In this document: positions 40,126-50,201 of the stretch, one piece after another
How the letters are laid out: the number at the start of each line of letters is the position of its first letter
Position numbering within the stretch: position 1 is the first letter of the stretch
Origin: Aulosira sp. ZfuVER01
Lineage (GTDB): Bacteria; Cyanobacteriota; Cyanobacteriia; Cyanobacteriales; Nostocaceae
NCBI GenBank assembly: GCA_034530615.2
Contig: JAVRCV020000073.1
Coordinates: 32,001-96,000 of the forward strand
Length of the DNA stretch: 64,000 bases
Direction of reading: 5' to 3'
The notes under the pieces: generated by a model
What the model saw: the letters and a program-made list of their open reading frames with translations, nothing else
The model's database searches: none
Told to the model about the DNA's origin: nothing
Translations under genes and position numbers: made by a program

Positions 40126-40869
40126 TCATTTTATTTGGTTAAGCAACCAAGCCACAGCATCTTCAACGTTACTTACTTGCTCTCCTGGCGGTATAGCTGG
40201 CCGGTTTACCATCACGACTGTTACACCCAATTCTCGCGCCGCAATAATCTTGGCGTAAGTCGCATCACCACCGCTATTTTTGCTGACAATCGTATCGATT
40301 TTGTGGTGAATGAGGATTTTTCGCTCATTATCCAAGGCAAAAGGGCCGCGATCGCACAATACCAAACCTGGTGGTATCAAGTCATCAGGGCTAGGCGGAT
40401 CGATTACCCGCATTAGAAACCAAATTTCTTCTAAGTTTGCAAAAGCGCTGAGTTCTTGTCTACCAACAGTTAAAAATACTCGCTGTGCTTGATTTGACAG
40501 TGAAGCGGCTGCGGCTGCAATATTCTCAACTTCAATCCAGCGATCGCCACCTACTTTTTCCCACACAGGACGGTTTAACATCAGACGGGGTATACCAACT
40601 TCCGTCGCCGCCGCCGCTGCATTAAAGGAAATTTGGCTAGCGAAGGGATGGGTTGCATCTATCAAAAGGTTGATTTTCATCTCCTGCAAATAGCTAGCCA
40701 ATCCAGTCACACCACCAAAACCCCCAATGCGGATATTACCAGATGGGATTGATGGTTGACGGGTACGGCCAGCTAAAGATGCGATCGCCTCAATTCCTGG
40801 GATAGTAGCGATTCTACCAACTAGTTCTGCCGCATCTCCTGTTCCACCCAAAATCAAAACGCGCATCAT
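40126..40869 (-). CDS. cobK: Precorrin-6A reductase
   Basis: ILGGT, GGFGG, IDATHPFA, RGPF, VSKNSGG. Confidence 0.93.
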   Translation of the reverse strand: MMRVLILGGTGDAAELVGRIATIPGIEAIASLAGRTRQPSIPSGNIRIGGFGGVTGLASYLQEMKINLLIDATHPFASQISFNAAAAATEVGIPRLMLNRPVWEKVGGDRWIEVENIAAAAASLSNQAQRVFLTVGRQELSAFANLEEIWFLMRVIDPPSPDDLIPPGLVLCDRGPFALDNERKILIHHKIDTIVSKNSGGDATYAKIIAARELGVTVVMVNRPAIPPGEQVSNVEDAVAWLLNQIK

Positions 40870-41369
40870 AGCAATTTTAGATTTTGCGAAAAGTTGCCAG
40901 GAGGGTTTCCCTCCGTAGCAAACTTTTCAAGACGGATTTGAGATTTTGGATCAAAAATTGGTATCGCGGGAATCTTAGCTAAAACACCCTTTTTCAATGC
41001 TTCTGGTCGTTCTGACCAAGGCAGTAACCCATCAGGTTTACTGTAGTATTGACTAGCACATTCCAAAACAGCAGATGCACTTACATCAACTGCTAAATCA
41101 CCAAACAGGTATGTAATTTTGCCTTGCGCTGCAAAAGCGACCACACAAGAACGGTTACAAGCACTCATGCATTCTACTTGCTGAATTGGGAATTGATCTC
41201 GCAACTCCCAATCTTGTGCAAGCACTTGCAGCTTTTGCAAGAGTTTTTCACCACCACTTTCACCTAAACGTTTCCCATCTTGCCAAACACTGGCACAGGT
41301 TTTGCAAACAAATAGGGTATGAGAGGATACATCACAGTTACTAGTTTCCGAATTATTGACAGCAGTCAT
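40866..41369 (-). CDS. DUF1636-family Cys-rich metal-binding protein
   Basis: LFVCKTC, VECMSACNRSC, KITYLFGDL, WSERPEALKKGVLAKIP; start at MTAVNN, downstream of riboswitch. Confidence 0.85.
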   Translation of the reverse strand: MTAVNNSETSNCDVSSHTLFVCKTCASVWQDGKRLGESGGEKLLQKLQVLAQDWELRDQFPIQQVECMSACNRSCVVAFAAQGKITYLFGDLAVDVSASAVLECASQYYSKPDGLLPWSERPEALKKGVLAKIPAIPIFDPKSQIRLEKFATEGNPPGNFSQNLKLL

Positions 41370-41403
41370 CTGTACCTCGCAGATGTGTAGAACAAAACAC
41401 TCA

Positions 41404-41536
41404 GCATTTGGTGGGCATCCTGACTCACTCAATTTTGGAATTTGAAAAATTGGTTCACAGTTGCGGGACAGCGCCGGATTTACACCGAACTTTCCCCGTT
41501 ACCTCTGATGGCTGCTCCCCACCAGAACCAAATGAC
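41404..41536 (-). ncRNA. Cobalamin riboswitch
   Basis: - strand GGTTCTGGTGG...AACGGGGAAAGTTCGGTGTAAATCCGGCGCTGTCCCGCAACTGTGA...GAGTCAGGATGCCC. Confidence 0.92.
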
Positions 41537-41655
41537 TTGTTAAATCATACAATACACTCTGCGCCCCCCTGCGTTTACTCCGCGTCCCTTTGCGTTAAAA
41601 AAAATCCCACGCCTTCAAGACTTGGGAATTTCATTTTCCTCTTATTATCAACTAC

Positions 41656-42150
41656 TTAAAATCTTAAACCTACGCCACCTTGCAACGAAAAAGCAGTACC
41701 ACCACCATCACGGTAAGCATCAAAAGCAATAATAGCGTTGCCAAAAAGAACAGTGTTGCTATTTGGGACCATGTAATCAATTCCTGGTTGCAAAGCAAAG
41801 CTAATTTTATTACCCACAGGAGAAGGGTCATTTCCACTAGCCAAGGCTAATCCAGCACCCAAGTAAGCATCAGTTTGCCAGTTCAGAGGTACATCATAAG
41901 AAACCGTAGGCACGACTGCTGTCCCCTGACCAACTAAAGCCTGCGCACGGAAGGAAATAGGTGACTCCAAAAGTTTATAACGAAAAGCAATCACCCCACC
42001 GATTTGAACACCATCACTCAGTCCTACAGATGGACCCACACCAACATAACTACCATAGGCTACTTGTGCTTGTGCGGGTTGAATGCTCATAGCAAGATTC
42101 AACAGCGAACCAGCCCCCAAAACTAAAATCAAATCCCGGAGATGCTTCAT
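41656..42150 (-). CDS. Secreted/outer-membrane beta-barrel-like protein
   Basis: Signal peptide (AQAQ), alternating beta-strand pattern, C-terminal GVGLRF. Confidence 0.7.
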   Translation of the reverse strand: MKHLRDLILVLGAGSLLNLAMSIQPAQAQVAYGSYVGVGPSVGLSDGVQIGGVIAFRYKLLESPISFRAQALVGQGTAVVPTVSYDVPLNWQTDAYLGAGLALASGNDPSPVGNKISFALQPGIDYMVPNSNTVLFGNAIIAFDAYRDGGGTAFSLQGGVGLRF

Positions 42151-42229
42151 TACCCGTGTCCTCACACCATCTGAAATTGTCAAGGTTTCTTTTAATACCT
42201 ATGTTATCGCTGTTGTTGATAATAATCAG

Positions 42230-42397
42230 TGGTTAGTGGTCAGTTGTTATTGGTAATGGGGCACGGGGCATGGGGCATGGGTTATTACTTATTTCTCCCT
42301 TGTCCCCCCTTCGGGTTCGCCAGTCGCCTGCGGAGGGAAACCCTCCCGCAGCGCTGGTCTCACCTTGTCTCCCTTGTCTCCCTTGTCCCCAATTCCC
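42230..42397. repeat. STRR tandem repeats with an embedded short dispersed repeat (42308-42364)
   Basis: ggggcat and ccttgtctc tandem units; cgggttcgccagtcgc...ggagggaaaccctcc...gcgctggtctcacc. Confidence 0.75.
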
Positions 42398-44536
42398 TTA
42401 CGGACAGCGAGGATGAATGCCTCCTTGAGTGCAAATATAAGCCAGTTGTTTGGGGTCTAAGTTTTTAGCTTGAGAAAAATCAACCCCTTGCACTACGGCA
42501 GAAACTGAGCCTTTAGATGGTGTTTGGACAAATTGATCTGCTGGATCTTGTTTGGTAGGTGAAATAACTGCCCCCTTAAAATCAGCACCTGCGACATTTG
42601 CTCCCCGTAAATCTACAAGGGTGAGGTCAGCATTTTCCAAGTTGGCATTTTGCATTTGAGCAGAACGTAAAACAGCACCAGTAAGACGAGTAGCGCTTAA
42701 ATTAGCGTTGCTGAGATTGGCACGTTCTAAATCGGCTCCAGATAAGTCTGCTCCTTGCCAATCGGTTTTGGTTAAGTTGGCGTAGGACAATTGAGTGCCT
42801 ATGGCAGTTACTCGACCTAAACGAGCTTCATATAAATCAGCTTCGTTCAATTTGGCATCACCTAAATCTGCCCCAGTCAGGCTGGCATTTTCTAAAGCTG
42901 CACCACGCAAATCAGCTCCTACTAGCTGGGTGCTGCTGAGGTTAGCACCAATTAACCGTGCATCGGATAAGTTAGCTCTGTTGAGAGTAGAGCGACTCAA
43001 ATCACTACGGTTCATTACCACGCGGCTAAGATTTGCATCAGTGAAATTGACTTGCTTCATCTGCACCTGACTCAAGTCAGCAATGACATCGTCGTAGGTA
43101 TCCCAACGCCCATCCTCACCTACGCTGCGAAAGCGACTACCGCGAAAACTAGCTTGATTAAGATTTGCGGATTTGAATTTAATTCCCGATAAATCAACGT
43201 TGTCTAATACTAAGCTGAAGAGGGGATTAGCTTCAGAGCCAGTGAAACCTAATTGAGTACGACTCAAATCAATGCCTTTGCTTTGACCACTGTAAACAGC
43301 GAGAATTTTGTTAATCGCTTTTTGGTTGAGTTGTAACCGTTTTTGTCGTGTTTCCTGGTCTTGGGGTGTATTCCCGTTTCCATTCACTTCGCCTGCAAGA
43401 AACTGATTCTGATTTTTTAATTCAGGAAGAGCCTTCAGACCGACATTGGCTAAAGCTTGTTGAATAGTATCCACTAGGGTAGGGTTGGTTTCTTTAACCA
43501 GTAGATCCGCAAGGAATTGAATCGCCTGCGGATCGTTGAGAGTACCCATAGCAACAATTGCACTGCGGCGCTCTTCAAGAGTAGCCGTTGAGTTGGGATT
43601 GAGCTGTTTTACGAGTTCGAGAAATTGTTGGCTGTTGATTTGCTGAGATTTACGTTGAGTTTCCTGAGTTTGGATGTAGACTTGAGTGCCTACTAACGTT
43701 CCCAACACAGCTACCATGCTCAGGAGTGCTACTCCAGTCAGGGTAAAATTAGGATTGCGCCGGATATACGCCAGCAAGGGATGGGCGTGTGGATTTTCAC
43801 CAGCACTTGCTAATTCTTGATTTTCTGTAAGTGACTGCTCTGCTGCATCAGAATTGTCATCTGTAAATGAAGCTGGTAGAGGACGAGTAGCGTCTACTGT
43901 ATGAGTACCTGCCAAAAGATCATGTAATGCACGTCGCCCTTGCTTTGAAGGTAAGCCAATTCCTTCGGCAGCGATCGCTAATAACGCTAAAACTGCAAAA
44001 ATTCCTAAGTTGGGAAAGGCTAAACTGTAGCGCCACAGCAGATAAGCCACAGATAAAGGTACAGTCCAACGACCAACTCCTTCTCGCACTATCACCGCCC
44101 CAAAACCTGGCGCTGTCCCTTGCTCGTTCACGACTCGAATGCCAAATCGCCGCTTGGGAATCGTGCTACCTGTTTTTGCTAGTAAATATAACTGCCATCC
44201 CGATATGGTAACAGGTGCTAACAAGGCTAGGCTCCACAAGATATTAGTGGGCCAGGCTACGTTACGGATACCATAGCTAACGGGTAAAGCTAAAGGTCGA
44301 GCGATCGCTCTTTCTGTCACCACCAATACGGGGTTAACGGGTACACGGTTCAAATCGCTTCGGGAATTGGCATACACGCCTAAACCAAAGGGAATCAAGC
44401 CACTAGTAACCACCAGTGTGATTTCCGCCGCCCAAGCAGCAACACGTCTAGTTACTAATGGTAGCGAGCTAGATTTTTCTGGGTCTTTTGACCGACTAGA
44501 TTGAGTATTACTTCTTTTGACAATTGGGGTCGCCAT
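42398..44536 (-). CDS. hglK: RDD + HEAT-like + pentapeptide-repeat membrane protein, probable HglK
   Basis: RRVAAWAAE (RDD) and TM segments, long A(D/N)LxxA pentapeptide tract, 712 aa; architecture fits HglK. Confidence 0.7.
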   Translation of the reverse strand: MATPIVKRSNTQSSRSKDPEKSSSLPLVTRRVAAWAAEITLVVTSGLIPFGLGVYANSRSDLNRVPVNPVLVVTERAIARPLALPVSYGIRNVAWPTNILWSLALLAPVTISGWQLYLLAKTGSTIPKRRFGIRVVNEQGTAPGFGAVIVREGVGRWTVPLSVAYLLWRYSLAFPNLGIFAVLALLAIAAEGIGLPSKQGRRALHDLLAGTHTVDATRPLPASFTDDNSDAAEQSLTENQELASAGENPHAHPLLAYIRRNPNFTLTGVALLSMVAVLGTLVGTQVYIQTQETQRKSQQINSQQFLELVKQLNPNSTATLEERRSAIVAMGTLNDPQAIQFLADLLVKETNPTLVDTIQQALANVGLKALPELKNQNQFLAGEVNGNGNTPQDQETRQKRLQLNQKAINKILAVYSGQSKGIDLSRTQLGFTGSEANPLFSLVLDNVDLSGIKFKSANLNQASFRGSRFRSVGEDGRWDTYDDVIADLSQVQMKQVNFTDANLSRVVMNRSDLSRSTLNRANLSDARLIGANLSSTQLVGADLRGAALENASLTGADLGDAKLNEADLYEARLGRVTAIGTQLSYANLTKTDWQGADLSGADLERANLSNANLSATRLTGAVLRSAQMQNANLENADLTLVDLRGANVAGADFKGAVISPTKQDPADQFVQTPSKGSVSAVVQGVDFSQAKNLDPKQLAYICTQGGIHPRCP

Positions 44537-44592
44537 CGTATTAATTACCTTTGACTTTATTCCTACACCACTAACGACGCGGTTTAAATAGA

Positions 44593-44937
44593 CTATTTTT
44601 TATGTTGAAAGCTATTAGACACAAAAAATTTGTATCCAACATACACTAACACTGCCAACACTGCCAGGCTGATGACGGAAGCCACAAGTTTTAGTACTGC
44701 TTGCAGCATCGCTATACCTAATACCACCGTTACGCCCAAAACGACTAGCTTTCTCGTTCCAGACAAGCTATTAAACCAGCTTTGCAATCGCGTTAGCTGA
44801 GAGTTTAAGTTGCCAAAACTAAACCCAAAGATTTGTCTTCTTTCTTCTGGTGGAGAAACTTCGGCTGACGAGGAATTAATCTCTGCCTCTAGCTTTTGGA
44901 GGCGACGTTGCAAGTCTTCTTCTGGTTGAGGATTCAT
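44593..44937 (-). CDS. Hypothetical small membrane protein
   Basis: 114 aa, two C-terminal TM segments. Confidence 0.75.
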   Translation of the reverse strand: MNPQPEEDLQRRLQKLEAEINSSSAEVSPPEERRQIFGFSFGNLNSQLTRLQSWFNSLSGTRKLVVLGVTVVLGIAMLQAVLKLVASVISLAVLAVLVYVGYKFFVSNSFQHKK

Positions 44938-45403
44938 AATTTTTTTGACCTCAGCTTGTAGGCGGTTTTGTCTGTGATTTTAGCTAATGTATCTGTTGGC
45001 TAAATATTTTTAGACAGTTCATGATATCTTTTGTTTAAAATTTATAATCATAATTTTCTTAAACCCCTTCATGGCAAGGATTTCATCCTTAAGTGGCTTA
45101 AATCCGGACATTCCGAAATAGTACAGGCGTAAACAGGAACCAAAACATCAACTATTAAAAGTCATACTGAGTACTTCGGTTTTGTCCTACCAGTAAGTGT
45201 TCTTGCTTGGTAGTTTCTTACCAAACAGTTAGTTCACGCTTTTTTCCTACTTCCTGAAATCCGACATTTTTTATATATAAATATAAAAATTTATACGCTA
45301 TATTTTGAGACACTGGAACACAAACTGATAAACGTCGTCTAAAAACTTAGATTAAGTCTCAAAATATCGCTTGATAAACAGTCGGGAGCATTAATTTAAT
45401 AAT

Positions 45404-45844
45404 ATGAAAATACATAAACTAATGACAGTCGTTCCCGCAGCCTTGGCGATGAGTTTGGTGCTTAACGATGTGAATTTGGCGAAAGACGCTCCAAAAATCG
45501 TTAACCGCAACTTCAGTCCTGATCCCTTAGTTTTCAATGGCAATTCTGGGGGTTCGGTAAAAAGTAATTGTGGTAATATTCCTGCTACACCCAGTCAAGT
45601 TATTCAAGTTCCAGAGCCTCTCCCTTACTTGCGTGTCACTGTTGAGAGTAAAGGACAGCCCACATTGCTGATTGACGGGCCTGGGGGAAAATTCTGTGTT
45701 TTAGCCGATAGTTACTCTGCTGGTAAAGCAGAGCTTGCTGGTTACTGGCAACCAGGAGAATACTCATTTTATGTAGGTGATTTATCTCAACCGCAATCTA
45801 GCTATACTCTCTCAATCTCGCAACAGCCATCTAAATCCAAGTAG
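45404..45844 (+). CDS. Hypothetical secreted protein
   Basis: Signal-like N-terminus; PTLLIDGPGG..C, GYWQPGEY beta-rich domain. Confidence 0.75.
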   Translation: MKIHKLMTVVPAALAMSLVLNDVNLAKDAPKIVNRNFSPDPLVFNGNSGGSVKSNCGNIPATPSQVIQVPEPLPYLRVTVESKGQPTLLIDGPGGKFCVLADSYSAGKAELAGYWQPGEYSFYVGDLSQPQSSYTLSISQQPSKSK

Positions 45845-45929
45845 TTGCTTTGTGAGCCATAGCCTCTTATTTGGTTTTTCAACTTACTTGTAAAAACAGG
45901 GAAACTGAATTGCCCTTCCCTGTTCCCTA

Positions 45930-46367
45930 TTAAATGTAGTACATCAATTCCTTCTCTCGATGTCGGCTCCTGCGTTCACAAAGGTCTTGGAGTGTATATT
46001 TTTCTAAAACAGAGTTAGCCGCCTGACGTGCTTCCTGCCAGATTTCTTCAATGATCTGAGTATCTAGTGTTTTGGAATTTTGCTCAACTTTAGCTGTAAC
46101 AGCCTCTACCCCTTCAATGCAGCTCCAAGCTTCCAGCAACGTAATTTTTCGAGGATCTCGTGCCAAAACATAACCACCTTTGGCTCCCCGTATGCTCTTA
46201 ATTAGTCCTCCACGCCTCAAAGTTGCTAGCAATTGCTCTAAATAGCGGTTTGGGATATCTTGCAGTACGGCCATCTGTCGGATTTGTAGAGACTCACCAC
46301 TAGAGTATCGACTCGCCAACTCTAACAGGGCTAGAAGTGCGTATTCAGATTTGTTAGAGATTTCCAC
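45930..46367 (-). CDS. Rrf2-family transcriptional regulator
   Basis: YALLALLEL, YLEQLLATL..GLIKSIRGAKGGYVLA. Confidence 0.92.
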   Translation of the reverse strand: MEISNKSEYALLALLELASRYSSGESLQIRQMAVLQDIPNRYLEQLLATLRRGGLIKSIRGAKGGYVLARDPRKITLLEAWSCIEGVEAVTAKVEQNSKTLDTQIIEEIWQEARQAANSVLEKYTLQDLCERRSRHREKELMYYI

Positions 46368-46727
46368 AGGTATAATATGTTAAACAAGAAACTATAATGT
46401 TACTGTTGACTTTTGCTTCAGTCTTTAAAATATAAAACTTGGCAATCAATTTTTGGCTAGTTAGTTAATTTAACTGTATAGACTCTGAACGATAGAAGCA
46501 AATATTGTTATTTTTTATTTCAATAAATAAAAGTGATTATATAGAGTTTACTCTCTGCCACAAGTATTTGATTCTGGCTTAATCATCACTTAGTCTCATC
46601 AACAAGACGAGAATATCCTTAAGTTAGGAATTGTGTACTTCTTGGTATCAGTATTCCCAGAGAGACAACAATAATGGCAGAACAACTTTGTTATCGCTGA
46701 GTTCTGCACTAAGAGGCTAAAAGAAAA

Positions 46728-47210
46728 ATGGAACTCAAAGCAGTTGCCGTAGAAATTCCCGAAGGCTGTAACCTTATTTTGGGGCAAACCCACTTTATCA
46801 AAACGGTGGAAGACCTGTATGAAATTATGGTGAGTACATCCTCACAGGTCAAATTTGGGATTGCTTTCTGTGAAGCTTCAGGGCCTTACCTAATCAGAAC
46901 AACCGGAAACGATCGCACTTTAGAAGCAGCAGCAACTACAAATGCACTAGCTATTGGTGCAGGCCACAGTTTTATCATTCTACTGAGGGAAGCTTATCCC
47001 ATCAACTTCCTCAATGCCATCAAGCAGTGTCCAGAAGTTTGCACAATTTATTGTGCAACAGCAAATCCAGTAGAGGTAATTGTAGCTGAAACTACTCAAG
47101 GAAAAGGAATTCTTGGTGTGATAGATGGATTTTCACCAAAAGGAGTAGAAACACCTGAGGATGTAAAAACACGTCAGGCGTTTTTGCGCCAAATTGGTTA
47201 TAAGCTTTAG
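46728..47210 (+). CDS. Adenosine-specific kinase family (DUF355) protein
   Basis: NLILGQTHFIKTVEDL, FCEASG, CATANP, GILGVIDG, IGYK. Confidence 0.88.
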   Translation: MELKAVAVEIPEGCNLILGQTHFIKTVEDLYEIMVSTSSQVKFGIAFCEASGPYLIRTTGNDRTLEAAATTNALAIGAGHSFIILLREAYPINFLNAIKQCPEVCTIYCATANPVEVIVAETTQGKGILGVIDGFSPKGVETPEDVKTRQAFLRQIGYKL

Positions 47211-47327
47211 TTCTTCAAATGGGTAGTCCATAGAAAAGAGCAAGAAGGAATACTGGTAGAGGCGGGTTTACCGATATCATCATTAGTAATTGATGATATT
47301 TTTAAACCAGACCCTACTGAGTCTTAT

Positions 47328-48830
47328 CCCTGTTCTGTCACTTTCCGGAATAAGCAAGTAGTAAAGAAGCTAAATTATCCAGAAGTATAACAGGGTTTAA
47401 ATTGATTCATTGCGGCAATTAAGTGATTGAATCCTAGTAACAAATGTGAATTAGGGAAAATACTTAACCAGGGATAAATTAACCAAAATAGTAAAAGTGG
47501 TTGGATAATGAGACGCAGATTATTTAAAGTATTCTTCCAGCCAGATTCATGGTTCCATTGTGGATGATTAGAAAAATCCTCATCACTCAGATCTTGTGCG
47601 TCAGTTTCAAGTTGACGAGATTGATTGAAGCCTAATAAGACTGGAGAATTTAAACTAATCATCGTATAAACGCTGAAAATAATTTCCCACCATCTCTCAA
47701 TATGTTGAAAGTTAGTGAAGCGGTAATCTGTCCAGCCTAGTTCCTGTTTACACTGTCGAAACTTATATTCAACCTCCTTTCTTAGTCCATACAAGTCGCC
47801 TAACGTCTTCTTCAAATTTCCTTGAAGATTCGTCATCACGAAGGAGGTAGAATTTTCTGGCATGGTTTCTGGGTCAGTAGTTATTTCCCAGTAAGTTACG
47901 GCTCTTCTTTTACCATAAATTATTTCTCTAATGTATCTAGTCTCTGATTTTTGATTGCTAAATGTTCTCTCAAATTGACACCACTTATTCGCCCTAACGC
48001 TTTGCCCTGAAGGCAACTAGACTCCATGATTAGTTCTAATTGAGACTACATACCCTAAGTTATATTCTGCTATTTTTCTAATAAATTGGCTACTTTCACC
48101 CTCCGGGTTCGCAGTCGCTTCAAGTCGGCAAAGCCGCCCAACGCGCTGCTCACCATATAAACTATCAGCCAATACTAATTCAATATTGAAGCCTGATTCC
48201 ATTAATTCTGTAATTATCTCTGATGCTAACTCTATTTTAGTTTTATATTTATCTGACTCTTTTAGTGTCCCTTTTGGTTTAAATACTTTGAAGATTAAGG
48301 GAAAAGTTATGTTAGCGTAAACTCCATAAGCGTTGACTGAAACTATCCCATTATCTACTTTCCCTACGCTGCCCAAATATTGTCTGGCTACATAATCTGT
48401 CTTCTTACCTTTTTTTCTATCTCCTGTTTCATCTATTACTAATGTAATCGCATGACCATCTAATTGTTTTTTCAATTTATTTAATCTTCTTTGTTTAAGT
48501 TTATCTACTGACCAATCTGAATTTGCTAAGAAATGATGTAATGATTGTGCGGAATTTATACTCACTACCTTCGCTATCTCTGGCAATGACTTTCTTTTTA
48601 TTGTTGATATTATCCCCATGTGTAAATATTTGAAGCACTCATAATTCCTTACTTCTTTAAACAGGTCTTTATACTCTGCACAATATTCATCTATGATGCC
48701 AACTGTTGGATGAGGATCTCTTGCTAAATGTTTGAGAATTTGTAATTCTACATCCATGACTCCACTTACATTTCAGAGTTTTCTTTTTTTATTCTTTTAT
48801 TCAGAATACCCGGAAAGTGACAGAACAGGG
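47328..48830 (-). mobile_element. IS701-family insertion sequence
   Basis: Perfect 21-bp IRs ccctgttctgtcactttccgg (47328-47348; 48810-48830); 4-bp direct repeat TTAT on both flanks. Confidence 0.92.
47375..48757 (-). pseudogene. IS701 transposase with in-frame TAG at 48017-48019 and a 54-bp in-frame insertion
   Basis: IDETGDRKKGKKTDYVARQYLGSVGK, LADSLYG; the two ORFs abut in the same frame. Confidence 0.88.
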
Positions 48831-48838
48831 TTATTCAA

Positions 48839-48968
48839 ATAGGACTTACGCAAGCAAAATTTGTCATTGCGACCGGAACGTAGTGTAGGGAAGCAATCCC
48901 ATAATTTTAGGCTATTACGTCGCTACGCTCGTAATGACGTAATTCCGTGACTTTTGCGTAAGTCCTAT
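48839..48968. mobile_element. MITE-like element
   Basis: Terminal inverted repeats ataggacttacgca / tgcgtaagtcctat around an internal gtcattgcga...tcgtaatgac palindrome. Confidence 0.7.
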
Positions 48969-49037
48969 CAAAAATCAAATAAGAGTCCTAATATTTACGA
49001 AGTAGTAACGATCTAGGAAACCTCTTGATTTTACGCT

Positions 49038-49313
49038 TTAAGAGTTGTTGCCAAAATCTCTGACTTTTTTAGACTTTTTCAACTCTTGCCATAAGGCTTT
49101 AATTTGCTTGTAGGCTTCTTCTGTAGAGAGTTTGCCATTAGTTTCTAAACAGGTAATAAATTCAACTCTTTGAGAAAATTCTCTGAGATTGAGAGTAAAT
49201 TCTAGATTTTCTGCTTTAATTTGTGCATACTCGCGAGTATAAGTAGAGAACAATCTGTCTTTATCTGTGTTGTTGCACTGTTCCATATTTCGCTGTCCTG
49301 TAATAGGATACAT
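49038..49313 (-). CDS. Small conserved cyanobacterial hypothetical protein
   Basis: NLREFSQRV..ITCLETNGKLSTEEAYKQIKALW pattern. Confidence 0.7.
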   Translation of the reverse strand: MYPITGQRNMEQCNNTDKDRLFSTYTREYAQIKAENLEFTLNLREFSQRVEFITCLETNGKLSTEEAYKQIKALWQELKKSKKVRDFGNNS

Positions 49314-49825
49314 TGTTTGTTTAAAATTTAGCTATTTAACCCAGTTAAAAGAACTATTGCGATTTTCCATTCTTTTGATTTATTAGTTAATAATAGCACT
49401 GTTATTAACCTCTTGTATGTAGTCCGTCACACCTAAAAATTATGACGAACTTAAACTTGTATGAACAACCTGATTTTTTATGATTATTGTGGAAAATAAC
49501 TGTGTGATAAAATCTGATTTTTTATGACTATTCTGAAAAATGGCTGTTTAGTTTAAGAACTAAGCTATTACGCATTTAACTTGACTCTGGATAGCCCACA
49601 ACCGAAAATATTTGCTCTAGGCACGCATCAGCTTCTCAGTCGATAAATGCTAAGTAATATTAATATGTGTGAAGTGTTAATTATATTTAGCAATTAGTTA
49701 CAATCGTTGAATTTTTATATATGTTTCTATCAATTACTCCTAGTGTTTATTGATTTATCGTTTAATTAAAAACATAAGGGGATAAATTTATTGCCTAAGT
49801 TAATCAAACTTGGAGGTAAAAGCTC

Positions 49826-49981
49826 ATGCGGGAAATGCCATTGATATCCTTAACTGATGAAGATCGCAAGAGAAATCAATATCTAGACAAAGCTAATCAT
49901 GCTCCATACCCGATGATCTTCTTAATTGCACTAGGGATTTTGTTTCTATTTACTATAGGTTTCTCACTTACCGCTTTTTAG
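49826..49981 (+). CDS. 51-aa single-TM microprotein (below ORF-track cutoff)
   Basis: GGAGGT Shine-Dalgarno 8 nt before ATG; MREMPLISLTDEDRKRNQYLDKANHAPYPMIFLIALGILFLFTIGFSLTAF*. Confidence 0.65.
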   Translation: MREMPLISLTDEDRKRNQYLDKANHAPYPMIFLIALGILFLFTIGFSLTAF

Positions 49982-50201
49982 GTCTTGTGTTGCCATATTT
50001 AATACTCCTTGCTCTGCAAATGGTAAAGTATAGTTCATTCAACATAAATGCATAGCAAGAATTTTCTAGGAAGCTGTCAAACCCTCTTTATCTGTATTGA
50101 GAGAGGGTTTAATTTTGGTTAAGGGCGATCGCTCATCTGATTGGCCTTCGCCCTTAAATAAGTCAAAGCTAGCCGAAGTCTGTATTTCCAGATTTATGGC
50201 T

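Noticed and set aside
41370..41659. Extension of DUF1636 and ORF 41408-41659
   Set aside because: Overlap the cobalamin riboswitch
45103..45108. TCCGGA (DIF1-like heterocyst promoter motif) upstream of the hglK-side genes
   Set aside because: Single hexamer with no convincing spaced -10 element
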